DNA of 64,000 bases. It comes from the human T2T-CHM13v2.0 reference genome, Homo sapiens. How positions within the stretch are numbered: the first letter of the stretch is position 1; every line of letters begins with the position of its first letter. The DNA lies in the NCBI RefSeq assembly GCF_009914755.1, contig NC_060925.1. One strand, given 5' to 3'. The notes under the pieces are model-generated. The model was not told the DNA's origin. It ran no database searches and was given only the letters and a program-made list of their open reading frames with translations. The translations under genes were made by a program, and so were the position numbers. Of this stretch, positions 1 to 13,900 are shown piece by piece.

Positions 1-510
1 TGATTCCATTCGATTCCGTTCAATGATTATTCCATTCGAGTCCATTCGATGATTCCATTCGATTCCATTCGATGATGATTGCATTCGAGTCCATGGATTC
101 TTCCATTCCATTCCATTAGATGATTCCATTCGAGTCCATTCGATGATTCTCTTCGATTCCATTCGATAATTCCGTTTGATTCCGTTTGACGTTGATTCCA
201 TTCGAGTCCATTCGATGATAATTCCATTCGATTCTATGCGATGATTCCATTCCATTCCATTTGGAGGTGGTTCCATTCGAGACCATTCGTTGATTGCATT
301 CAATTCATTCGATGACCATTCCATTCAATTCCGTTCAATGATTCCATTAGATTCCATTTGATGATGATTCCATTCGATTCCATTTGATGATGATTCCATG
401 CGATTCCATTAGATGATGACTCCTCTCATTTCCATTCAATGAGGATTCCATTCGTTTCCATTTGATGATGATTCCTTTGAATTCCATTTGATGACAATTC
501 CATTCAATAC

Positions 511-1917
511 CAATTGATGGTGTTTATTTTTGATTCCATTTGATGATGATTACATTCGATTCCATTTGATCATGATTCCATTCGATTCCACTCGATGATT
601 CCATTCGATTCCATTCAATGATTATTCCATTTCAGTCGATTCGATGACTCCATTCGACTGTATTCGATGGTGATTGAATTCGAGTCCATGGATTAATCCA
701 TTGCATTCCATTCGATGATTCCATTCGAGTCCATTCGATGATTCTATTCGATTGCATTCGATAATTCCATTCGATTGCATTCGATAAATCCATTTGATTC
801 CATTTGAGGATAATTCCATTTGAGTCCATTCGATGATTGTTCCATTCGATTCTATTCGGTGATTCCATTCGACTTCATTTGATAATGATTCCATTCGAGA
901 CCATTCGATGATTCTATTCAATTCCATTCAATAATGATTCCATTCGAGTCCATTCAACGATTCCATTCAAGTCCATTCGATGATTCCATCTGATTCCATT
1001 CAATGAATCCATGTGATTCCATTCTATGATGATTCCATTCATTTCCATCTGATGATGATTCCATTCGATTCCATTCAATGATTCCTTTCGATTCCATTTG
1101 ATGATGATTTCAATCAATTTCATTCGATGATTCCATTCGAATCCATTCGATGATGAGTCCATCCATTTCAATTTCATGATAATTCCATTCGTTTCAATTC
1201 GATGGTGTTTCCATTCGATTGCATTCGATGTTGATTCCATTAGTTTCCATTGGATGATGATTCCATTCGAGTCCATTCAATGATGATCACATTGGATTTC
1301 ATTCCATAATTCTATTCGATTCCATTTGATGATGATTCCATCTGATTCCATTTGATGATCCCATTCGATTCCATTCGATGATGATTCCATTCGTTTCCAT
1401 CCAATGATGATTCCATTCGATTCCGTTCAATGATTATTTCATTCGAGTCCATTCGATGATTCCATTCGATTCCATTCGATGGTGATTGCATTCGGGTCCA
1501 TGGATTCTTCCATTCCATTCCATTAGATGATTCCATTCGAGTCCGTTCGATGATTCTCTTCGATTCCATTTGATAATTCCGGTTGATTCCGTTTGATGTT
1601 GATTCCATTCGAGTCCATTCGATGATAATTCCATTCGATTCTATGCGATGATTCCATTCCATTCCATTTGGAGGTGGTTCCATTCGAGACCATTCGTTGA
1701 TTGCATTCAATTCATTCGATGACCATTCCATTCAATTCCGTTCAATGATTCCATTAGATTCCATTTGATGATGATTCCATTCGATTCCATTTGATGATGA
1801 TTCCATGCGATTCCATTAGATGATGACTCCTTTCATTTCCATTCAATGAGGATTCCATTCGGTTCCATTTGATGATGATTCCTTTGAATTCCATTTGATG
1901 ACAATTCCATTCAATAC
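511..1917 (+). repeat. Representative A-type monomer (1407 bp)
   Basis: Diagnostic head 'agtcgattcgatgactcc...gtattcgatggtgattgaattcgagtccatggattaatccattgc', plus 'gataaatcc' and 'cgacttcatttg'. It usually carries the 26-bp 'gatcccattcg...' block. The 1407-bp spacing recurs many times. Confidence 0.88.
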
Positions 1918-4900
1918 CAATTGATGATGGTTATTTTAGATTCCATTTGATGATGATTACATTCGATTCCATTTGATCATGATTCCATTCGATTCCACTC
2001 GATGATTCCATTCGATTCCATTCAATGATTATTCCATTTGAGTCGATACGATGACTCCATTCGATTGTATTCGATGGTGATTCAATTCGAGTCCATGGAT
2101 TAATCCATTGCATTCCATTCGATGATTCCATTCGAGTCCATTCGATGATTCTATTCGATTGCATTCGATAAATCCATTTGATTCCATTTGAGGATAATTG
2201 CATTTGAGTCCATTCGATGATTGTTCCATTCGATTCTATTCGGTGATTCCATTCGACTTCATTTGATAATGATTCCATTCGAGACCATTCGATGATTCTA
2301 TTCAATTCCATTCAATAATGATTCCATTCGAGTCCATTCAACGATTCCATTCAAGTCCATTCGATGATTCCATCTGATTCCATTCAATGAATCCATGCGA
2401 TTCCATTCTATGATGATTCCATTCATTTCCATCTGATGATGATTCCATTCGATTCCATTCAATGATTCCTTTCGATTCCATTCAATGATTCCTTTCGATT
2501 CCATTTGATGATGATTTCAATCAATTTCATTCGATGATTCCATTCGAATCCATTCGAGGATGAGTCCATCCATTTCAATTTCATGATAATTCCATTCGTT
2601 TCAATTCGATGGTGTTTCCATTCGATTCCATTCGATGTTGATTCCATTAGTTTCCATTGGATGATGATTCCATTCGAGTCCATTCGATGATGATCACAAT
2701 GGATTTCATTCCATAATTCTATTCGATTCCATTTGATGATGATTCCATCTGATTCCATTTGATGATTCCATTCGTTTCCATCCGATGATGATTCCATTCG
2801 ATTCCGTTCAATGATTATTCCATTCGAGTCCATTCGATGATTCCATTCGATTCCATTCGCTGATGATTGAATTCGAGTCCATGGATTCTTCCATTCCATT
2901 CCATTAGATGATTCCATTCGAGTCCATTTGATGATTCTCTTCGATTCCATTCGATAATTCCGTTTGATTCCGTTTGATGTTGATTCCATTCGAGTCCATT
3001 CGATGATAATTCCATTCGATTCTATGCGATGATTCCATTCCATTCCATTTGGAGGTGGTTCCATTCGAGACCATTCGTTGATTGCATTCAATTCATTCGA
3101 TGACGATTCCATTCAATTCCGTTCAATGATTCCATTAGATTCCATTTGATGATGATTCCATTCGATTCCATTTGATGATGATTCCATGCGATTCCATTAG
3201 ATGATGACTCCTTTCATTTCCATTCAATGAGGATTCCTTTCGGTTCCATTTGATGATGATTCCTTTGAATTCCATTTGATGACAATTCCATTCAACACCA
3301 ATTGATGATGGTTATTTTAGATTCCATTTGATGATGATTACATTCGATTCCATTTGATCATGATTCCATTCGATTCCACTCGATGATTCCATTCGATTCC
3401 ATTCAATGATTATTCCATTTGAGTCGATTCGATGACTCCATTCGATTGTATTCGATGGTGATTGAATTCGAGTCCATGGATTAATCCATTGCATTCCATT
3501 CGATGATTCCATTCGAGTCCATTCGATGATTCTATTCGATTGCATTCGATAATTCCATTCGATTGCATTCGATAAATCCATTTGATTCCATTTGAGGATA
3601 ATTCCATTTGAGTCCATTCGATGATTGTTCCATTCGATTCTATTCGGTGATTCCATTCGACTTCATTTGATAATGATTCCATTCGAGACCATTCGATGAT
3701 TCTATTCAATTCCATTCAATAATGATTCCATTCGAGTCCATTCAACGATTCCATTCAAGTCCATTCGATGATTCCATCTGATTCCATTCAATGAATCCAT
3801 GCGATTCCATTCTATGATGATTCCATTCATTTCCATCTGATGATGATTCCATTCGATTCCATTCAATGATTCCTTTCGATTCCATTTGATGATGATTTCA
3901 ATCAATTTCATTCGATGATTCCATTCGAATCCATTCGATGATGAGTCCATCCATTTCAATTTCATGATAATTCCTTTCGTTTCAATTCGATGGTGTTTCC
4001 ATTCGATTCCATTCGATGTTGATTCCATTAGTTTCCATTGGATGGTGATTCCATTCGAGTCCTTTCAATGATGATCACATTGGATTTCATTCCATAATTC
4101 TATTCGATTCCATTTGATGATGATTCCATCTGATTCCATTTGATGATCCCATTCAATTCCATTCGATGATGATTCCATTCGTTTCCATCCGATGATGATT
4201 CCATTCGATTCCGTTCAATGATTATTCCATTCGAGTCCATTCGATGATTCCCTTCTATTCCATTCGATGATGATTGCATTCGAGTCCATGGATTCTTCCA
4301 TTCCATTCCATTAGATGATTCCATTCGAGTCCGTTCGATGATTCTTTTCGATTCCATTCGATAATTCCGTTTGATTCCGTTTGATGTTGATTCCATTCGA
4401 GTCCATTCGATGATAATTCCATTCGATTCTATGTGATGATTCCACTGCATTCCATTTGGAGATGGTTCCATTCGAGACCATTCCTTGATTGCATTCAATT
4501 AATTCTATGACGATTACATTCAATTCCGTTCAATGATTCCATTAGATTCCATTTGATGATGATACCATTCGATTCCATTTGATGATGATTCCATGCGATT
4601 CCATTAGATGATGACTCCTTTCATTTCCATTCAATGAGGATTCCATTCGGTTCCATTTGATGATGACTCCTTTGAATTCCGTTTGATGACAATTCCAATC
4701 AATACCAATTGATGATGGTTATTTTTGATTCCATTTGATGATGATTACTTTCGATTCCATTTGATCATGATTCCATTCGATTCCACTCGATGATTCCATT
4801 CAATGACGTTTCCATTCGATTTCATTGACTATTCCATTCCGTTTCAATCGATGATTCCTTTCAAGTCCATTCGATGATTCTATTCGATTGCATTCGATTA

Positions 4901-7900
4901 TTCCATTCGATTGCATTCGATAATTCCATTCGATTCCATTTGAGGATAATTCCATTTGAGTCCATTCGATGATTGTTCCATTCGATTCTATTCGGTGATT
5001 CCATTCGATTCCATTTGATAATGATTCCATTCGAAACCATTCGATGATTCCATTCAATTCCATTCAATAATGATTCCATTCGAGTCCATTCAATGATTCC
5101 ATTCAAGTCCATTCGATGATTCCATCTGATTCCATTCAATGAATCCATTCGATTCCATTCTATGATGATTCCATTCATTTCCATCTGATGATGATTCCAT
5201 TCGATTCCATTCAATGATTCCATTCGATTCCATTTGATGATGATTTCAATCAATTTCATTCGATGATTCCATTCGAATCCATTCGATGATGAGTCCATCC
5301 ATTTCTATTTCATGATAATTCCATTCGTTTCAATTCGATGGTGTTTCCATTCGATTCCATTCGATGTTGATTCCATTAGTTTCCATTGGATGATGATTCC
5401 ATTCGATTCCATTCAATGATGAGCACAATGGATTTCATTCCATAATTCTATTCGATTCCATTTGATGATGATTCCATCTGATTCCATTTGATGATTCCAT
5501 TCGTTTCCATCCGATGATGATTCCATTCGATTCCGTTCAATGATTATTCCATTCGAGTCCATTCAATGATTCCATTCGATTCCATTCGCTGATGATTGAA
5601 TTCGAGTCCATGGATTCTTCCATTCCATTCCATTAGATGATTCCATTCGAGTCCATTTGATGATTCTCTTCGATTCCATTCGATAATTCCGTTTGATTCC
5701 GTTTGATGTTGATTCCATTCGAGTCCATTCGATGATAATTCCATTCGATTCTATGCGATGATTCCATTCCATTCCATTTGGAGGTGGTTCCATTCGAGAC
5801 CATTCGTTGATTGCATTCAATTCATTCGATGACGATTCCATTCAATTCCGTTCAATGATTCCATTAGATTCCATTTGATGATGATTCCATTCGATTCCAT
5901 TCGATGATGATTCCATGCGATTCCATTAGATGATGACTCCTTTCATTTCCATTCAATGAGGATTCCATTCGGTTCCATTTGATGATGATTCCTTTGAATT
6001 CCATTTGATGACAATTCCATTCAACACCAATTGATGATGGTTATTTTAGATTCCATTTGATGATGATTACATTCGATTCCATTTGATCATGATTCCATTC
6101 GATTCCACTCGATGATTCCATTCGATTCCATTCAATGATTATTCCATTTGAGTCGATTCGATGACTCCATTCGATTGTATTCGATGGTGATTGAATTCGA
6201 GTCCATGGATTAATCCATTGCATTCCATTCGATGATTCCATTCGAGTCCATTCGATGATTCTATTCGATTGCATTCGATAATTCCATTCGATTGCATTCG
6301 ATAAATCCATTTGATTCCATTTGAGGATAATTCCTTTTGAGTCCATTCGATGATTGTTCCATTCGATTCTATTCGGTGATTCCATTCGACTTCATTTGAT
6401 AATGATTCCATTCGAGACCATTCGATGATTCTATTCAATTCCATTCAATAATGATTCCATTCGAGTCCATTCAACGATTCCATTCAAGTCCATTCGATGA
6501 TTCCATCTGATTCCATTCAATGAATCCATGCGATTCCATTCTATGATGATTCCATTCATTTCCATCTGATGATGATTCCATTCGATTCCATTCAATGATT
6601 CCTTTCGATTCCATTTGATGATGATTTCAATCAATTTCATTCGATGATTCCATTCGAATCCATTCGAGGATGAGTCCATCCATTTCTATTTCATGATAAT
6701 TCCATTCGTTTCAATTCGATGGTGTTTCCATTCGATTCCATTCGATGTTGATTCCATTAGTTTCCATTGGATGATGATTCCATTCGAGTCCATTCAATGA
6801 TGATCATATTGGATTTCATTCCATAATTCTATTCGATTCCATTTGATGATGATTCCATCTGATTCCATTTGATGATCCCATTCGATTCCATTCGATGATG
6901 ATTCCATTCGTTTCCATCCGATGATGATTCCATTCGATTCCGTTCAATGATTATTCCATTCGAGTCCATTCGATGATTCCATTCGATTCCATTCGATGAT
7001 GATTGCATTCGGGTCCATGGATTCTTCCATTCCATTCCATTAGATGATTCCATTCGAGTCCGTTCGATGATTCTTTTCGATTCCATTCGATAATTCCGTT
7101 TGATTCCGTTTGATGTTGATTCCATTCGAGTCCATTCGATGATAATTCCATTCGATTCTATGTGATGATTCCACTGCATTCCATTTGGAGATGGTTCCAT
7201 TCGAGACCATTCCTTGATTGCATTCAATTCATTCGATGACGATTCCATTCAATTCCGTTCAATGATTCCATTAGATTCCATTTGATGATGATACCATTCG
7301 ATTCCATTTGATGATGATTCCATGTGATTCCATTAGATGATGACTCCTTTCATTTCCATTCAATGAGGATTCCATTCTGTTCCATTTGATGATGATTCCT
7401 TTGAATTCCATTTGATGACAATTCCATTCAATACCAATTGATGATGGTTATTTTTGATTCCATTTGATGATGATTACTTTCGATTCCATTTGATCATGAT
7501 TCCATTCGATTCCACTCGATGATTCCATTCAATGATGTTTCCATTCGATTTCATTGACTATTCCATTCCATTTCAATCGATGATTCCTTTCAAATCCATT
7601 TGATGATTCTATTCGATTGCATTCGGTTATTCCATTCGATTGCATTCGATAATTCCATTCGATTCCATTTGAGGATAATTCCATTTGAGTCCATTCGATG
7701 ATTGTTCCATTCGATTCTATTCCGTGATTCCATTCGATTCCATTTGATAATGATTCCATTCGAGACCATTCGATGATTCCATTCAATTCCATTCAATAAT
7801 GATTCCATTCGAGTCCATTCAATGATTCCATTCAAGTCCATTCGATGATTCCATCTGATTCCATTCAATGAATCCATTCGATTCCATTCTATGATGATTC

Positions 7901-10900
7901 CATTCATTTCCATCTGATGATGATTCCATTCGATTCCATTCAATGATTCCATTCGATTCCATTTGATGATGATTTCAATCAATTTCATTTGATGATTCCA
8001 TTCGAATCCATTCGATGATGAGTCCATCCATTTCAATTGCATGATAATTCCATTCGTTTCAATTCGATGGTGTTTCCATTCGATTCCATTCGATGTTGAT
8101 TCCATTAGTTTCCATTGGATGATGATTCCATTCGAGTCCATTCGATGATGATCACAATGGATTTCATTCCATAATTCTATTCGATTCCATTTGATGATGA
8201 TTCCATCTGATTCCATTTGATGATTCCATTCGTTTCCATCCGATGATGATTCCATTCGATTCCGTTCAATGATTATTCCATTCGAGTCCATTCGATGATT
8301 CCATTCGATTCCATTCGCTGATGATTGCATTGGAGTCCATGGATTCTTCCATTCCATTCCATTAGATGACTCCATTCGAGTCCATTCGATTATTCTCTTC
8401 GATTCCATTCGATAATTCCGTTTGATTCCGTTTGATGTTTATTCCATTCGAGTCCATTAGATGATAATTCCATTCGATTCTATGCGATGATTCCATTCCA
8501 TTCCATTTGGAGGTGGTTCCATTCGAGACCATTCGTTGATTGCATTCAATTCATTCGATGACGATTCCATTCAATTCCGTTCAATGATTCCATTAGATTC
8601 CATTTGATGCTGATTCCATTCGATTCCATTTGATGATGATTCCATGCGATTCCATTAGATGATGACTCCTTTCATTTCCATTCAATGACGATTCCATTCG
8701 GTTCCATTTGATGATGATTCCTTTGAATTCCATTTGATGACAATTCCATTCAATACCAATTGATGATGGTTATTTTAGATTCCATTTGATGATGATTACA
8801 TTCGATTCCATTTGATCATGATTCCATTCGATTCCACTCGATGATTCCATTCGATTCCATTCAATGATTATTCCATTTGAGTCGACTCGATGACTCCATT
8901 CGATTGTATTCGATGGTGATTCAATTCGAGTCCATGGATTAATCCATTGCATTCCATTCGATGATTCCATTCGAGTCCATTCGATGATTCTATTCGATTG
9001 CATTCGATAAATCCATTTGATTCCATTTGAGGATAATTGCATTTGAGTCCATTCGATGATTGTTCCATTCGATTCTATTCGGTGATTCCATTCGACTTCA
9101 TTTGATAATGATTCCATTCGAGACCATTCGATGATTCTATTCAATTCCATTCAATAATGATTCCATTCGAGTCCATTCAACGATTCCATTCAAGTCCATT
9201 CGATGATTCCATCTGATTCCATTCAATGAATCCATGCGATTCCATTCTATGATGATTCCATTCATTTCCATCTGATGATGATTCCATTCGATTCCATTCA
9301 ATGATTCCTTTCGATTCCATTTGATGATGATTTCAATCAATTTCATTCGATGATTCCATTCGAATCCATTCGATGATGAGTCCATCCATTTCAATTTCAT
9401 GATAATTCCATTCGTTTCAATTCGATGGTGTTTCCATTCGATTCCATTCGATGTTGATTCCATTAGTTTCCATTGGATGATGATTCCATTCGAGTCCATT
9501 CGATGATGATCACAATGGATTTCATTCCATAATCCTATTCGATTCCATTTGATGATGATTCCATCTGATTCCATTTGATGATTCCATTCGTTTCCATCCG
9601 ATGATGATTCCATTCGATTCCGTTCAATGATTATTCCATTCGAGTCCATTCGATGATTCCATTCGATTCCATTCGATGATGATTGCATTCGAGTCCATGG
9701 ATTCTTCCATTCGATTCCATTAGATGATTCCATTCGAGTGCATTCGATGATTCTCTTCGATTCCATTCGATAATTCCGTTTGATTCCGTTTGATGTTGAT
9801 TCCATTCGAGTCCATTCGATGATAATTCCATTCGATTCTATGTGATGATTCCATTCCATTCCATTTGGAGGTGGTTCCATTCGAGACCATTCGTTGATTC
9901 CATTCAATTCATTCGATGACCATTCCATTCAATTCCGTTCAATGATTCCATTAGATTCCATTTGATGATGATTCCATTCAATTCCATTTGATGATGATTC
10001 CATGCGATTCCATTAGATGATGACTCCTTTCATTTCCATTCAATGAGGATTCCATTCGGTTCCATTTGATGATGATTCCTTTGAATTCCATTTGATGACA
10101 ATTCCATTCAATACCAATTGATGATGGTTATTTTTGATTCCATTTGATGATGATTACATTCGATTCCATTTCATCATGATTCCATTCGATTCTACTCGAT
10201 GATTCCATTCGATTCCATTCAATGATTATTCCACTTGAGTCGATTCGATGACTCCATTCGATTGTATTCGATGGTGATTGAATTCGAGTCCATGGATTAA
10301 TCCATTGCATTCCATTCGATGATTCCATTCGAGTCCATTCGATGATTCTATTAGATTGCATTCGATAATTCCATTCGATTGCATTCGATAAATCCATTTG
10401 ATTCCATATGAGGATAATTCCATTTGAGTCCATTCGATGATTGTTCCATTCGATTCTATTCGGTGATTCCATTCGACTTCATTTGATAATGATTCCATTC
10501 GAGACCATTCGATGATTCTATTCAATTCCATTCAATAATGATTCCATTCGAGTCCATTCAACGATTCCATTCAAGTCCATTCGATGATTCCATCTGATTC
10601 CATTCAATGAATCCATGCGATTCCATTCTATGATGATTCCATTCATTTCCATCTGATGATGATTCCATTCGATTCCATTCAATGATTCCTTTCGATTCCA
10701 TTTGATGATGATTTCAATCAATTTCATTCGATGATTCCATTCGAATCCATTCGTGGATGAGTCCATCCATTTCTATTTCATGATAATTCCATTCGTTTCA
10801 ATTCGATGGTGTTTCCATTCGATTCCATTCGATGTTGATTCCATTAGTTTCCATTGGATGATGATTCCATTCGAGTCCATTCAATGATGATCACATTGGA

Positions 10901-13900
10901 TTTCATTCCATAATTCTATTCGATTCCATTTGATGATGATTCCATCTGATTCCATTTGATGATCCCATTCGATTCCATTCGATGATGATTCCATTCGTTT
11001 CCATCCGATGATGATTCCATTGGATTCCGTTCAATGATTATTCCATTCGAGTCCATTCGATGATTCCATTCGATTCCATTCGATGATGATTGCATTCGAG
11101 TCCATGGATTCTTCCATTCCATTCCATTAGATGACTCCATTCGAGTCCATTCGATGATTCTCTTCGATTCCATTCGATAATTCCGTTTGATTCCGTTTGA
11201 TGTTTATTCCATTCGAGTCCATTCGATGATAATTCCATTCGATTCTATGCGATGATTCCATTCCATTCCATTTGGAGGTGGTTCCATTCGAGACCATTCG
11301 TTGATTGGATTCAATTCATTCGATGACGATTCCATTCAATTCCGTTCAATGATTCCATTAGATTCCATTTGATGCTGATTCCATTCGATTCCATTTGATG
11401 ATGATTCCATGCGATTCCATTAGATGATGACTCCTTTCATTTCCATTCAATGAGGATTCCATTCGGTTCCATTTGATGATGATTCCTTTGAATTCCATTT
11501 GATGACAATTCCATTCAATACCAATTGATGATGGTTATTTTAGATTCCATTTGATGATGATTACATTCGATTCCATTTGATCATGATTCCATTCGATTCC
11601 ACTCGATGATTCCATTCGATTCCATTCAATGATTATTCCATTTGAGTCGATTCGATGACTCCATTCGATTGTATTCGATGGTGATTGAATTCGAGTCCAT
11701 GGATTAATCCATTGCATTCCATTCGATGATTCCATTCGAGTCCATTCGATGATTCTATTCGATTGCATTCGATAATTCCATTCGATTGCATTCGATAAAT
11801 CCATTTGATTCCATTTGAAGATAATTCCATTTGAGTCCATTCGATGATTGTTCCATTCGATTCTATTCGGTGATTCCATTCGACTTCATTTGATAATGAT
11901 TCCATTCGAGACCATTCGATGATTCTATTCAATTCCATTCAATAATGATTCCATTCGAGTCCATTCAACGATTCCATTCAAGTCCATTCGATGATTCCAT
12001 CTGATTGCATTCAATGAATCCATGCGATTCCATTCTATGATGATTCCATTCATTTCCATCTGATGATGATTCCATTCGATTCCATTCAATGATTCCTTTC
12101 GATTCCATTTGATGATGATTTCAATCAATTTCATTCGATGATTACATTCGAATCCATTCGAGGATGAGTCCATCCATTTCTATTTCATGATAATTCCATT
12201 CGTTTCAATTCGATGGTGTTTCCATTCGATTCCATTCGATGTTGATTCCATTAGTTTCCATTGGATGATGATTCCATTCGAGTCCATTCGATGATGATCA
12301 CAATGGATTTCATTCCATAATTCTATTCGATTCCATTTGATGATGATTCCATCTGATTCCATTTGATGATTCCATTCGTTTCCATCCGATGATGATTCCA
12401 TTCGATTCCGTTCAATGATTATTCCATTCGAGTCCATTCGATGATTCCATTCGATTCCATTCGCTGATGATTGAATTCGAGTCCATGGATTCTTCCATTC
12501 CATTCCATTAGATGATTCCATTCGAGTCCATTTGATGATTCTCTTCGATTCCATTCGATAATTCCGTTTGATTCCGTTTGATGTTGATTCCATTCGAGTC
12601 CATTCGATGATAATTCCATTCGATTCTATGCGATGATTCCATTCCATTCCATTTGGAGGTGGTTCCATTCGAGACCATTCGTTGATTGCATTCAATTCAT
12701 TCGATGACGATTCCTTTCAATTCCGTTCAATGATTCCATTAGATTCCATTTGATGATGATTCCATTCGATTCCATTTGATGATGATTCCATGCGATTCCA
12801 TTAGATGATGACTCCTTTCATTTCCATTCAATGAGGATTCCATTCGGTTCCATTTGATGATGATTCCTTTGAATTCCATTTGATGACAATTCCATTCAAC
12901 ACCAATTGATGATGGTTATTTTAGATTCCATTTGGTGATGATTACATTCGATTCCATTTGATCATGATTCCATTCGATTCCACTCGATGATTCCATTCGA
13001 TTCCATTCAATGATTATTCCATTTGAGTCGATTCGATGACTCCATTCGATTGTATTCGATGGTGATTGAATTCGAGTCCATGGATTAATCCATTGCATTC
13101 CATTCGATGATTCCATTCGAGTCCATTCGATGATTCTATTCGATTGCATTCGATAATTCCATTCGATTGCATTTGATAAATCCATTTGATTCCATTTGAG
13201 GATAATTCCATTTGAGTCCATTCGATGATTGTTCCATTCGATTCTATTCGGTGATTCCATTCGACTTCATTTGATAATGATTCCATTCGAGACCATTCGA
13301 TGATTCTATTCAATTCCATTCAATAATGATTCCATTCGAGTCCATTCAACGATTCCATTCAAGTCCATTCGATGATTCCATATGATTCCATTCAATGAAT
13401 CCATGCGATTCCATTCTATGATGATTCCATTCATTTCCATCTGATGATGATTCCATTCGATTCCATTCAATGATTCCTTTCGATTACATTTGATGATGAT
13501 TTCAATCAATTTCATTCGATGATTCCATTCGAATCCATTCGATGATGAGTGCATTCATTTCAATTTCATGATAATTCCTTTCGTTTCAATTCGATGGTGT
13601 TTCCATTCGATTCCATTCGATGTTGATTCCATTAGTTTCCATTGGATGATGATTCCATTCGAGTCCACTCAATGATGATCACATTGGATTTCATTCCATA
13701 ATTCTATTCGATTCCATTTCATGATGATTCCATCTGATTCCATTTCATGATCCCATTCGATTCCATTCGATGATGATTCCATTCGTTTCCATCCGATGAT
13801 GATTCCATTCGATTCCGTTCAATGATTATTCCATTCGAGTCCATTCGATGATTCCATTTTCGATTCCATTCGATGATGATTGCATTCGAGTCCATGGATT

